Of a stretch of 49,604 bases of DNA, positions 1 through 13,302 are shown piece after piece. A program made the position numbers and the translations under genes. The notes beneath the pieces were generated by a model, which searched no databases, was not told where the DNA came from, and was given only the letters and a program-made list of their open reading frames with translations. The stretch's first letter is position 1; every line of letters begins with the position of its first letter. The DNA is from Octopus bimaculoides (lineage: Eukaryota): positions 36,677,006-36,726,609 of the forward strand of contig NC_068996.1 in the NCBI RefSeq assembly GCF_001194135.2. Reading direction: 5' to 3'.

Positions 1-303
1 GTGTGTGTGTGCAGATATATACATATGTATGCACATATATATGTATATACACACACGTGCATCAATATATGTGAATATGTAAACGCGTATACATATATAC
101 ACATGCATACATACATATGCAGTGTTCATTAAAAGTCTGCAGATATATCCTGTAGAACAGTATATAACATTGAAACATGAAGTATCTAATTTATTCACAC
201 ACACACAGACATGTACATGAGTATGCATGTGCATATACACTCATATATTTGTACATATTAATGCGTGTTTGTGTGTGTATTTATGTGTATGTGTGTGTGT
301 GTG

Positions 304-335
<32 letters not shown>

Positions 336-402
336 CGCACATGCAAACATACATTAATATGTACAAATATATGAGTATATGTATATATACACACACACAC
401 TA
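1..402. repeat. Compound (CA/TG/TA)n microsatellite
   Basis: Seen directly. Similar tracts recur every 1-2 kb across the window. Confidence 0.9.
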
Positions 403-728
403 TATTAAAATTTGAACTTTTTTATTAATGATCTTTTGTTTTTCATTATTTCTCAATTCATTAATTCATTAACAATTTGAATTTAGTAACAATAATGTTT
501 TAAATCCAACATAAAAAACTAATATAAAAAAATTAAAAGTCTTTTAAAAAATAGTCAGATTTGTACTTTTAATGCAACATAATTGAATTAAAAAAAAAAA
601 TCTGTTCCTCTTTCTACAAATTTATATATACAAACACACAAAGTTTACTATGAGGTATACCCAAATATTTCAGCCATCATTGCATTCATAAATTACATGA
701 AATAAAATTAAAGTGTACTAGATTCTTC

Positions 729-1222
729 GGATCTAGTTCAAAACGGGGGCGCCAGTATTTTCTTAACGAAACACTTTGAAACTTGGGACACTGGTAGAAT
801 GTGTCATATAAAACATCTTTTTCTCTTAGTCTTCTTAAGAAAAATTATTATATTGCAACTTATTTCATGTTAAAGTTGTCGTATTTCTGTAATTTCAACC
901 AATGACTGACGTCCATTCAGCTGTAAAAATTAAGTGCTGACTACGTAAACAAACGATTTTCAAACGATTCNNNNNNNNNNAATACGCTTTACACCGCTTA
1001 AACTGCCAAAGGAGTAACTATAAACAGCTGAATACTTGTCAGTGATTGGTTGAAATTATCGAAATAAGACAATTTTTTACATGAAATAACTTCGAATACA
1101 AAATTTTTTTTCTGTTCTATAACACAAAATAGATAAGTATACGAAGTTTGAAAGTCTTTCGGTACCAAAAACACTACGTAAAACATAAATGAAAACTGGT
1201 GCCCCCGTTTTGAACTAGATCC
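729..1222. mobile_element. MITE with long TIRs and 8-bp TSD (hAT/MULE/P-type)
   Basis: TIR GGATCTAGTTCAAAACGGGGGC(G/A)CCAGT, 27/28 match. TSD GATTCTTC at 721-728 and 1223-1230. Inner inverted repeat at about 891-924 / 1024-1057. Assembly gap at the centre (971-980). Confidence 0.85.
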
Positions 1223-2732
1223 GATTCTTCTTTTACTGACTATAGCAAGAATGTAAAACAAACATTGCAAATGTTTATGATTGTCTCTAGTATTTAGCAC
1301 ATTTAATTTGTTTAATTAACAAATACAGTGACTGCTGCAATCTTTCAGTATACCCCTTGGTAAACTTTAGAATGAATAATAAGCACTGTTGACAATTTGA
1401 ATATGCAGGTTTCTTTTTCAGGGTGATAAAATCACCATATTTGGTTGAACTTATCTACAGTGCAAGATGCTGAGCAACTACTAAGTGAAGGACTAGCTAC
1501 ATGTTTGGGGAGGGTGTTGTTTTCTCTAGCCATCACAGCAAATACCCGCTGAAAAACAGTCACTGCAGTTCAATGTCCTATTGTCATTTGTGTTATCACT
1601 ATATCTAAGGATTCAATGTTTCTGTTGGATTCTGCCAATGTACATGACAGAGAAGGTATTCACAAATTAAGGAGACTGCTGCAGTTTGGCTGCAGCCTGG
1701 TGCATGAAAGACAAAGTCTACCTCAGTGGAATTTTAACTCAGAATGTAAAGCTGGAAAAAAATTCTCTCTGCACAGGGCCTGAAATTAATTATGCAGAAG
1801 GGGTTAGTCAGTCACATCAATCCCCAGTGCTCAACTGGTATTTATTTTATTTTACCCCCACCCCCACCCCACCCGCCATCCACCCCTGAAAGAATTAATT
1901 ACCTTTTGCACTGATGTTAGCAATTACATAACCATGGTGAATGCATTGCTTTGAATTCCTCACCACATACACACACACACACATTGAACTGTAAATATTA
2001 AGATCTGCAAGATTAATAAACCATTGGAACTTCTCCATAGTTTCCTGCAGAACCTTTAAATGTTTAACAAGAAAAATTAATAATGTTTAATTAACATTTC
2101 TGCAATTAAAAAAAAATCAATAAAATTAGAGAAACTGTGTTGAGATTGTTCTTTGGTCAAATTCTCATGTTATGTTACTTTGCTGGCTAAAAACTTAGCA
2201 AAGTCTAAAACTTAACCTTGCTGGGTAAAACTTAACAATTTTGTTGCTTCTTTCTTGACAGCAAAATCATACTCATGATAAAATAAAATAAATACCAGTT
2301 GAGCACTGGGGATGTTGATGTAACTGACTAACCCCCTCTGCCATAATTTCAGGCCCTGTGCAGAAAGGATTAATTTTCCAGCTTTACATTCTCAGTTAAA
2401 ATTCCACTGAGGTAGACTTTGTCTTTCATCCTTTTGGGGGTTGATCAAATAAGGACTAACCAAGCACTGGGAGTTCATGTAATTGACTAAACCCCCACCT
2501 CTCTTTGGAAATTTCAGGCCTTATGATTACAATACAAGTGATTTTCAACCACTTCTTGCCTATGAACCCCTCTGATTCCTCTTTTACTCTACTGGACACC
2601 CTTAACAATTCAATGTATTTAAAAAAGTGTTCTACTGTAACAAGCAAATTAGCAAGTTAGAAAAATCTCTATAAGAGATGCAAGTAGTAACAAGGTAATG
2701 TTTGTTGCCACTTCAATACGGCTGTTCTGAAT

Positions 2733-2800
2733 GAATCAACGTTACTACCAATTTTAAGAAGGCTTCCTCTTGGGGTTAAAAATGGTAGTAACGTCGATTC
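2733..2800. repeat. Short inverted repeat (about 18-bp arms)
   Basis: gaatcaacgttactacca ... tggtagtaacgtcgattc, one mismatch. Confidence 0.7.
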
Positions 2801-2992
2801 TACTGTTTTTTTTTTTAATTATTTTTTTTCATAATTAAATATTATTAAGAATTGTATAGAAAAATTTTAATATTTTGTGTATTGTAGAAATGTAACCAAT
2901 TTATTGCACATGGATTTTAAGAACAAACTCTTATATGGATAAATCCTGGTTGAGAACTACTGTTATAGTAGAAAGGAATATTTTAAAATTAT

Positions 2993-3320
2993 TTATTACC
3001 TCCACTGTAGCGAAGATGGAGGTATTGTTTTCAGTTGTGTTTGTTTGTTTGTCCGTGGACAAGATATCTCAAGAACCACTAGACGAATTCGAATGAAACT
3101 TTCAGGGATGTTTGGCCTCATAATTGGCACAAACTGATTAGATTTTGAGATTGATCTGGTACCGGACGAGGATTCTGGATTATTTTTACTTAATTTTTGA
3201 GAGCAGTTGGGTTTGTTTTTAGTATTCTCGTTTGTAAGAGCAGTCGAATTTATTTCAGATATTCTCATTTTAAAAATCATCTCTGCTTTGGCAAAGGTTT
3301 GCCTCTCTGTTTATCTTGTT
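2993..3320 (+). mobile_element. Helentron-associated non-autonomous element (HINE/DINE-like)
   Basis: Starts TTATTACCTCCA...TGGAGGT (short 5' hairpin), followed by a (TTTG)n tract and a 3' subterminal repeat GGCAAAGGT. This architecture is typical of HINEs (recalled). Confidence 0.55.
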
Positions 3321-3994
3321 TCTTTTTTTCAAAGTTATTTTTGACAACACAAACTTTTAGTGTTGTACGAGTGTTAGTCAAGTGATCTGATATGAAAGAA
3401 CATGTTGAAACCAAGACAATTAGATTGCAAAAGAGTCATGCTCGCCATTCAAAATACACACACACACATACACACGATTATACTGACTTTTGTTTTATTT
3501 TTCTATAGTATATTATATGTTATATGCAGTAGAGTTATAACAACCATCCAAAATACACACACACACACACAGCATTATATTTACTGCTTTATTTTGCAAA
3601 AGTAGAAATTTTGTTGTTTACCTTGACAACAATACAATTCCACTGGAACATGGTAATATAATTTTTGTTATTTGGAAAATAAAATTATCCTTACAAATTA
3701 TATAACCCATGAGAAATAATTAGTTTGGCACTCTCATCCAAGACCTCTCATTCACACACACACACACACACACGTTTTGAACTGCATGCAGAAAACCTGC
3801 AGGATAAACAAACCATTGAAAAATTTGCGTAAATTTTCAAGATATAGGCGTTTTTTTTCTTTTTTAACAGGCAAAAAAAAAAAAAGGAAGATTAAAACGT
3901 AAATGACATATTTATAGCAGAAACTAAAACTACAGAATAATAGACACTGTAACAACTACAACAACACAGTTAAATTGTATAAAACATGATATGG

Positions 3995-4030
<36 letters not shown>

Positions 4031-5444
4031 CAAATTCTGTAGAGAGGAATTACTAAAAAGTACAAAGAAAACTATTACAGGCTGGCAAATGAACAATGAA
4101 AAGAGTGGCAAAATGAAATGACTACATAAAAACAAAAACTACTGTCCCAGCAAAAATATTGTAAAGCTATAGAAGTTGCTCATCACACCTGGCAACTAGT
4201 GACTTATATTTACAAATGACTAACTGTTAAGCAAATAGTTACAGCAACAACAACAACAACAACAAAGGATGGGGCTTGTTTTGCAAAATACATTTTCATT
4301 TCCATGCAAGACATTTTTTAAAAATGAATTTATGGTGGTGGCAGCGGTGGCAGTAGTGGGGGAGATAGAGATATAAAAACGAACGCATACATACACGCGC
4401 GCGCGCGCACACACACACACACACACAAAAAGAGACAAAACAAAACAAACTTTTAATCTATTTTAAGCATGATGTCATAAGTATAGGAAAATGATGAAAA
4501 CAAGTTGGTAATACAGAGATGAGTTAGTTTACCCAATGTTTCTGTTTTAACAGAACTATAATGGAAAATATACACACTCATGTGCGTGTGTGTGTGTGTG
4601 TAAGCTGAGCTTAAATGTATAGAAATTTTAATACACTTTCTAACACAATTTGGATTTTGCATATCATTTCATAAGTGGTTTCTGATTTCTTTAAATTAAA
4701 GCTCTACATATGTGTGTGTTTGTGTGGGTGTGTGTATCATTTACTCAAACACACACAGACACTTCCATGAGGTGCAGGCATGGCTATGTGGTTTGCAGCT
4801 GTCCAGTTTTGGGTTCAGTCCCACTGTGTAATACTTTGGGCAACTGTCTTTGAATGTATGTATATGTGTGGTGTGTATAAACATACATACAAACGTATGT
4901 GTGTGTAAATATATATTTATAATGTCTGCTTGCAATATATAAATCGGGTGCAGATTGTACCGATAACCAGCTGGAGAAGGTTCCTCCTGGTGTTAAAAGC
5001 AATAGTAACATTGACTCCTATGGAACAGCCATATTGATATGGTAATAAAAAACATTACTTCTCAGTACAGTTACTACAATCATCTCTTATAGAGATTTTC
5101 TAACTAGCTACTTAGTTGTTATATATATATATAAGCAATAGCGATGATGATAATGACGATGAAATTTATGTCACACATGAACGAAGAGTGTGATGGCTCA
5201 GTGGTTCATATGAAATCTTGGTGGAATAAAGTTCATTGCTTGAAAAGCAATATGTAATACTTTGGCACCAGGAATGGCAACTGGCAGCATGGAAAATGCA
5301 CACTTAAAAAATGATAAGAAGTATGTACAGGAAGTTAAAATATGGCTTACAGTCTACCCTAAAACATTATTAGATTACTTTTCAACAGCTGATTCAGAAG
5401 TTAGAAAATTAAAATTTTTTTTCAAATTGATTCAATAATAAGGT

Positions 5445-5676
5445 TTAAACCCTTTAGTATTTGGATTACTCTGTCAAATGTAATGTTTATTTATCCACTT
5501 TATTTTGAAGTAATTATGCATTATCTCGTAACTTCAAGATTTTGATGATGTGATTGCTTATTTTTTAGACTGACATTGCATAGGGTAAGTATGAGAGGCT
5601 AAATCTGGCCTGTTTGAACATAAAACAGATAGAATATTTGGGTCTGGTATGGCCAGTTTGAATGCTAAAAGGTTAA
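5445..5676 (-). mobile_element. piggyBac-type MITE, family 1 (reverse copy)
   Basis: CCCTTTAG...CTAAAAGG|TTAA ends. The body is the reverse complement of the copy at 13689. Confidence 0.7.
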
Positions 5677-6704
5677 ATGAGAATATCATTTCTGTAGAAG
5701 ACCTTATAATTTAATCGCAGCTTCAGATCACATAATTTTAAGACAAAACAACTAATATTAATTTTCTTTTTTCTCACATGTTTAGTTCTTCAGATCAGAA
5801 AATGTACAAAGAATTTCATACAAGTGCCACAACTGGTGATGATTTTTCTCTGTCCTACTTGCTAATTAGTACAAATTACTGTTGCCAATTTTACCTTATT
5901 AAATAAGATAAAAATGTCAAATAATTTCATATTGCAGCATTTAGAAAAGTTTTGATCTTCGTTTTTTTTCTCTTTCAAAACACAGGTATGATGAAAATTT
6001 CATTTCTAATATGATTTGGGAAATAATCTCTCTGAAAGTGTAAAACACATTCCTATAAATGATAGTATATAAAGACACTTACATTTCTATAAACCCATTC
6101 CTATGAATAGTAATACACAGACCTACATTAAAAGAACAGCTTCCAAGTGATGGAGTGAATAAAGAAAATCTCTATGAGTAGATATGGCCACGTAGTTAAA
6201 GACCATTTCAAAAACAAGTGGTTCCATGGCTCAATCCTACAGAGCAGTACCAAAACTAAATAAGTGAAATTAGGAAGATTGTGTAGAAGCACAACCGTGT
6301 GTGTGCGGGAAGGGAGTAATAAATCATTGTGATGATCAAAACTACGTTGTATCATTTTGTTGAAAGGTGGACTCAGCAATTTGATGAATAGGGGTCGATA
6401 GAATAAGTATTAAACAAAGTAATGGGTTGATATAACCAACTAAAACTATTGGTGGTGAAGAGAGAGCAAAAGGATATGTTGAAGGAGCAATAATAATTTG
6501 GAGAAGTGTATGTATGTAGGTGTTTGTGTATGTGTGTGTGTGTGTGTATGTGCATACATATAGATACAGAAAGTATGGCGGTTTAGTTCATAGGTGATCT
6601 AAATAATTAGGTATGTTAGGTAAATGCTATAATGGATTACTAGGGCTCCAAGGTTATATCCAAGACAATAGTTATGGAACCACTGCAGATTTCTGATGTA
6701 GCGG

Positions 6705-6748
<44 letters not shown>

Positions 6749-7486
6749 ATGTAACCAATATTGCTGCATGGTTAAGTGAGAAAGTCAAGTAAAAGTTAAA
6801 TGAAGCCTGAAGAAAACAGGTAAATAAAAGAAGACAACTGACACCAATAGAACAGTTGTAGATGGGATTGTGGCTATTTGTTACAAGTTTGTAGCAACAC
6901 AAAGAAATCTAGTAAAAGAATCTTCTGGAATCATTACAATTCCATTGGATATCACAACATGGAAAGACAGTGTAAATATGTGAAAACTAATTGTATGCAA
7001 TCAATAATATAGCCATAATTTGATTATTTCTTCTGTTTCAAACAATGATATTTAATGCGAAGGAGGGCAGAGTTGGCTCAAACAGTAACAGAAATCACCA
7101 TAAGTATAATTTCACAATTGTATTTGTGATTATATGGAGCAAAATAAGTGCTTCATTTCAAGAATAGATATAACTATACAAACTGAATGTTTACAGTAAT
7201 GAAATATTAGAGCATAAATAATGTCTATACCAAAACAAGAACAAATCCACCTAGACATATAGAGTAGCTTTATGCTGCCTTAATTTTATCTAGCGGATGA
7301 GTCAACAAACTTTTATAGCACAGATTATCAAAACAGTTGGATTGGATAATTAGCGTTGACTGTTATATTTTCAAAAATTTTAATTATAAATTCTTGCATT
7401 ATATTTACATAGAAATTAAAGTCAGACAAGTTAACTTCATAATGTCTTAGATTCTAACGAAACCTAAATGAGTAAACCCTAACAAT

Positions 7487-7522
<36 letters not shown>

Positions 7523-7734
7523 GCACACATACATATATTAAATTCCATTTCTATTAATCTGCTGTATTATTCATAACTCTCTGGAACACCAAATTAGTCA
7601 ATCACATGTTTACTTACTATTCAACACACAACCAATTGTTACAGCAGAAATTGTTTAATATTCACATGAAGTAAAGTTTCAAGTGAGATACCTGTTTAAA
7701 TATTTAAATACCTGAGCTAATCCTGGTCAACAAG

Positions 7735-8330
7735 TTTGAGTACATAGACTCCATTGCTGACCAAACAGTGGATTGCAGCCAGAAATTTGAAGCAAGACTA
7801 AATGTAGGGACAATTAGTAGAGTACGGAGACACAACACTGTCAGAAAATGCATTAAGCTGAAACTTCTAAAAACCCTATTCTGGCCAGCAGTGTTGGGTA
7901 GGTGTGGGAGTATGGACCTTATGAGTGGTTAACACCATGTAACTGAGTGTGTTGGAGAAGATGTGCTACATATGTATGTTGTGCTTTAGTTGGGTGACTG
8001 TTGAACAAATAATCTGGTCCTTGAGTAGATGGGAGTGGAACAAACACTGGCAATGATGATGATCAGGCAGTGAACTTGCAATATTTCGACCATGGTAGCA
8101 TAGCCTGGAGGGACGGAAAATGGGTACATGAGAAATAATGATAAAGATGGAGTGATGAGATCAAGAACTGGACAGGGAGGATCCTGGTGGAATGTACAGT
8201 GGAATGTGGCATGGGATGAAGGTGTGTGGTGAGGTTGTGTTTGAGGTTCAAGGGAGGGCCCTGGTGGAATGTAAGCTTTGATGGGAAACCACAGTGTGGT
8301 AAGGATTGGGGGTTGTGTTTGAGATCCCCA
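7735..8330 (+). mobile_element. Degraded RTE-clade LINE fragment (C-terminal ORF2)
   Basis: Translates KFEYIDSIADQTVDCSQKFEARL...KLKLLKTLFWPAVLG and RWSDEIKNWTGRILVEC, RTE-type post-RT motifs interrupted by frameshifts. Confidence 0.65.
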
Positions 8331-8794
8331 ATCCTCAAGATGGCTATACTCATTCATGTGTGGCATTGATATATCTAAATATTTAGATACCATATATTTA
8401 CATGTGTGGTATCTGAATGCAGTAACATAGTGCCCTAAATTAGGTACCACATTATATTTGATGCGTGTAGAATATACTGAACTAGATTACAACTAAGAAC
8501 TTTTATTTCTAGTACAAGATGCAATTCCAGAAATAATACACTGTTTGACAACTGGAGGTCAAACTGACTGAAATGTAAATTTAGTTGTAAATAGTAAATG
8601 TCTGTCTTAGTAAAGACCCCTTTCCAGTAATGAATGACCATGGGATTGCACCTAGAAAGTTCCTCACTGAGGCACAAGTCTGGGCAAGGTTGGTTATGGA
8701 AGACCAGCAGTCGCCCATGCATACCAGCCTCCTCTCTCCATGCCACTGATGTTATCCAAAGGAAAGGTAAAGGCTGATACAGTTAGGCAGCAGT

Positions 8795-8947
8795 AACATC
8801 GCAATTTATTTCTATAGATGAGTGAACTGGAGCAATGTGGAATAAAGTGTCTTGCTCAAGAACACATCACACAGCCTAGCCTGGGAATCAAACTCACAAC
8901 CTCATGATCGTAAACTCAATGCTCTAACCACTGAGCTATGCACCTTC
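8795..8947 (-). mobile_element. tRNA-derived SINE head, family C
   Basis: GGTGCATAGCTCAGTGGTTAGAGC...GAGTTTGATTCCCAGG followed by a CORE-like TTGAGCAAGACACT. Confidence 0.6.
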
Positions 8948-9414
8948 ACAAAGTTGTAAATATTACGCTGTTGATCTTGCAAAATGAAAGTAATACTTTG
9001 CAACATTATAATTTGTATGACAGCTATGTTTCTCCTCTCATTATGTTTAATATCTAACAACAAATATTCCATCTGCTTCTCATTCAATGATATTGCTCTT
9101 CATCTTCAGACTGGCATCATTCTCAATAACCAGCTTTACCAACAAAAATTCTAGAAATAATCAATTTAAAAAAAAAAAAAAAATGAGAGGTTGTTAGTTG
9201 ATGCTATGAAAGGTAAAGTTCACTTCAGCAGCAATGGAGCTCAGAATGTAAAGAAATTTCTCTAATACTCTAAGTCAGTGTTTTCCAACCTTTTTTTACC
9301 CCTGTGTAACCCTTAAAATAAATTACATGTCCCAAGGAACCCCTGCACAAAGAAAATTATGTACCATATCTTTCTCATATTTTTTCATCGTAGTTCATGT
9401 GGTAAATATCATAT

Positions 9415-9535
9415 NNNNNNNNNNNNNNNNNNNNNNNNNNNNNNNNNNNNNNNNNNNNNNNNNNNNNNNNNNNNNNNNNNNNNNNNNNNNNNNNNNNNNN
9501 NNNNNNNNNNNNNNNNNNNNNNNNNNNNNNNNNNN
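9415..9535. other. Assembly gap (others at 971-980, about 16808-16926 and 45352-45374)
   Basis: Runs of N. Confidence 0.95.
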
Positions 9536-9574
9536 TATATATGTATATATACATATATATATAATTTATGTTAA

Positions 9575-9720
9575 GGGCATTACTATACATAAATGCCTCA
9601 CACTAGGAGGGACTCTTAAAGTCAAAACTACCATAATAAACAACCATAATACTGTTTATTATGGTAGTTTTGACTTTAAGAGCCCCTCCTAGCGTGAGGC
9701 ATTTATGTATAGTAATGCCC
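9575..9720. mobile_element. Near-perfect palindromic MITE, Kolobok-like (TTAA flanks, GG termini)
   Basis: 68-bp arms (9575-9642 / 9653-9720) with 2 mismatches and a 10-nt loop, flanked by TTAA on both sides. Confidence 0.6.
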
Positions 9721-10774
9721 TTAATATAAATATATTTATAGGGAATAATTAATAAATTTTTCCCTTATGAGGTTTTTCATGCTAACTACTTGATAAATTC
9801 TTATAAAGATTTTATCCTATATTTAAATTATATATATATATATATATATATACATATGGTTGTTATATTTTTTTGATAACATAATAGGTTAGCTAGGATG
9901 ATGTCTATATTATAATAACCAATATGCTGTGCATTATAGTAATATTACAATCATAAGATTAGCATTAACTTATCTCTTTCTCAAGTAACCCCTAAGAACC
10001 TTTTGCAGAACCCTAGGGTTCCAGGGAACCCCAGATGAGAAACGCTGCTTTAATGACTTGGTTGAGAATTAATGTAGGTATTATCATCTTCATTATTCAT
10101 ATCATTGTTATCATTATTATTCTCTGTATAAATATTACAAATATACTAAAATATACTAATTTGTTTTCAATTTTCTTATACTATGAAACAGTAACTTTAA
10201 AAATAAAAAAAAATTTTATAAAAAAAAAAGGAAAAAAATGAATGTAACAATCTGCTAAGATATTTGAAGATAATATCATTAATGGTAATGAATATTAAAA
10301 TGAATATGATAGGGGATAATGACAAAGAAAAAAAATAAATTGAATTTTGCATACATATATGTGTGTATGTATAATATTATATATATAAATATGTTTATAA
10401 GTGTGTGTGGGAATGTGTAAGATGGCACATCATCATGATTTTATCCACCATAGCTAAAACAATAGGAAAAAAAACAAACATATCTAGAAGATTAACAAAG
10501 CACGTTGGAATTACACCAAAATTAATCGAGAAGAAACAAAAAAAAATGAAAAAAAAAAATCTTAATCTAAACTAACAACTAAATTACATAAGGACAAAAA
10601 AAAAAGAGAAATAACTCGACTGTAAAAGACAAGAAAATGAAAAGGGACAGACAAGTAAAAGGCTGTTAGTTACGTCAATGCTATATTAGTTAATGACTAC
10701 ATGGCACGAGCAGTAGTTATGAGGCAGTGGCTTTTATACAGTGGTGGCAGCAATGGTGACAATGCTTAGGTGTA

Positions 10775-10805
<31 letters not shown>

Positions 10806-10839
10806 ACAGTGAACAAAACACAGAAGAAGTTGCTCTTAC

Positions 10840-10857
10840 CAGAATTTTCCCCCTCAT
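10840..10857 (-). CDS. OSBP: Probable 18-nt OSBP microexon, phase 1 to 1, adds (D)EGENS
   Basis: Long pyrimidine tract tttttctctttcactcttttctctcatggtgacatttag|ATGAGGGGGAAAATTCTG|gtaaga. Length is a multiple of 3, the phase matches exon I, and there is no stop codon. No transcript evidence is available here. Confidence 0.6.
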
Positions 10858-11106
10858 CTAAATGTCACCATGAGAGAAAAGAGTGAAAGAGAAAAACATC
10901 AATTTTAAAAATCACGGCCAATAAAACTGAGGAAATAGAAAATGTTATGTTGGAAAATAAAAGGAATCACCATAAATGTGCATAAAGCGGAAAGTCTTAT
11001 TGCAATAAACACACACGCATTCATGTGTGTGTATATGTGAGTATGTGTGTGTGTGTGTGTATATATATATACATATACATACATACATATACACACACAC
11101 ACACGC

Positions 11107-11138
<32 letters not shown>

Positions 11139-11347
11139 TTTGTGGATTAAGAAGGCGACCAATGGTTTCATGTGGGAGCAATCTCCACAATTATTCAAGC
11201 AAACCACTTGGGAATGCTGGTACTCATCTCTATTTTGGTAATCTTATCCAAAACGGAGATGAGTGTCAGCATTTCCAAGTAGTTCATTTAAATAATTGTA
11301 GAAACCACTTACACATGAAACCACTGGTAGCCTCGTTAACCCACAAA
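11139..11347. repeat. Gapless 100-bp inverted repeat with 9-nt loop
   Basis: Arms 11139-11238 and 11248-11347; 78/100 Watson-Crick pairs and no indels. Confidence 0.9.
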
Positions 11348-11422
11348 TGAAGGATATCTATCCACCAATGCGGCTTTCAGCACTCATACTCACTATTCAA
11401 TACTAGCATGTGCATGTATGTG

Positions 11423-11468
<46 letters not shown>

Positions 11469-12079
11469 TATCAAGCACAAACACATATCATCATCACATC
11501 AACATTTTAACATTTACAATTCCATAATTCCATGCTTGCATGGGCATCAAACAAGAGTATGTTGGAGCAGAATTTTCTAAGGCCAGAAGCCCTTTCTGTC
11601 ACCAACCCCAAAACTTGTTTTCCAAGTGAGGTAATAATCTCCCAGTATATTAAACAACAAACAGCCCAGACACATTTACATTCAAAACCTGAAACAAATA
11701 ACACCGTATAAACGAGCCTTTTATTTTCAAAGACTGCACATGTCAAGACTTGTCACAGATGTGCTTTCATAGCGGACTACACTGTAAGCAAACTACATTG
11801 TTAGCAAAGCCATTGTTTTACAATTAAGAAATAATCACGTGTAGACGAGGGAAACTCACCCTCTCTCCCTCTCTCACATATAAACACACACACACACACA
11901 CATACAAGGGGCTTACTCAGTTTCACTCACAAGGACTTGGTTGGCCTGGTGATTAGTAGAAAACACTTGTCCAAGGTGCCATGCTGTGAAACTGGACTCG
12001 ATACTACATGATTAGGAAGTGAACTTCTTAACCATGTAGCCATACCTTCACCTCTTGTCCATGCACCCTCCTATCCATC

Positions 12080-12113
<34 letters not shown>

Positions 12114-13257
12114 TGAGTGCATGTGTGTGTATGCATGTGTGTGCACACACACACATACATGTGTTCTCAAGCTGATGATTCGATCAATTGCAACTCAGAG
12201 TTTCTCATTTGGTGTACATTTTCTGTAGGAACAAAGAGATGAGTGGCTGCAGAATGGACCATTAGCTCCAGATAAATAAACTCCATTACAAAAGTCTTGA
12301 GTATTTTTTTCTTCTGTTTATTCACACAAGACAAACATGGATGTTTGTCTTGCGTATGAGAAGGAAATTAAAATTATGTACAAGACTAAAATGTTCAATG
12401 GAGGAAAGGATCAGGGGTGAATTTAATTTTCTCAAAGTCAGCAACATTTAGAGTGAAAACTTCAAGTAATTAAAAACAGGACACAGATTTGATTCTTCAC
12501 ATAAGAATATGTAACAGAAAGATAAATATGCCCAGAAATATAAATGCTTTTGACAGCAGCTGTACAGGATATAGACTCACTCACTAAATGATCTTTTATA
12601 AAGTTACAGATGTAATTCAGTCATAATTGAACCTGATTAGACAAAAACTGAGATGTAACAGTGTTTGCGATAATTTATCCTTAATGTCAAATGAAATACC
12701 TACTAAAGACTTCCTGAATTATAATACTCTGGGTACATTGGCATGATGATATTCTTTCATAAAGTGTCAGCGGTACTTTATGGTCAAAAGTACTGAATAC
12801 TTCAACATTGTCAATCAGCATTCATCATCATCATCATTTAACATCCATTTCCTGTACTGGCATGGGTTAGATAGTTTGACTGGAGACGGTAAGCTGGAAA
12901 GCTGTGCCAGGCTCCTGTTTGCGCTGGCTTGGTTTCTATGACTGCGCAAACACTGTCCAACCACTCCACAGAGTGTACTAAGTGCTTTTAATGTGTCACT
13001 GGCACAGGCACATTTCACATGTCACTAGCATTAGGTCAGGGACTCTATGATTGAAGTTATCTTTAATTAATGTTACGAAGACTGATCTACATTCTGACAC
13101 AACAATCTATGCTGTTTCCTGAATGACTGACTATGGAAACTACATAACATAATTTAGTTGTATTGATGGACGAGTAACTATTTGGGTAAGTTGTAAGGAC
13201 AACACTTGGAATATAAACACTAAATCAGGAGTTGGGAAACTTTTTTAACCAATTACC

Positions 13258-13302
<45 letters not shown>

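Larger units (their letters stand above)
9276..10047. mobile_element. hAT/Charlie-like non-autonomous element
   Basis: Termini CAGTGTTTTCCAACC ... TGAGAAACGCTG with subterminal AACCC/GGAACCCC repeats. Degenerate 8-bp flanks (ctctaagt / ctttaatg). Contains an N gap and a nested palindrome. Confidence 0.55.

Noticed and set aside
8880-8947. tRNA gene
   Set aside because: A and B boxes are present, but the acceptor and anticodon stems do not close and the sequence runs into a SINE body. The same applies to the family A and B heads.
9080-9150. Alternative terminal OSBP exon (EFLLVKLVIENDASLKMKSNIIE*)
   Set aside because: It has a usable acceptor and is open in phase 1, but shows no similarity to the conserved OSBP ending (WF...DP...YW...W...PDIF). 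The true last exon was not found in 1-14219 and is presumably outside the window.
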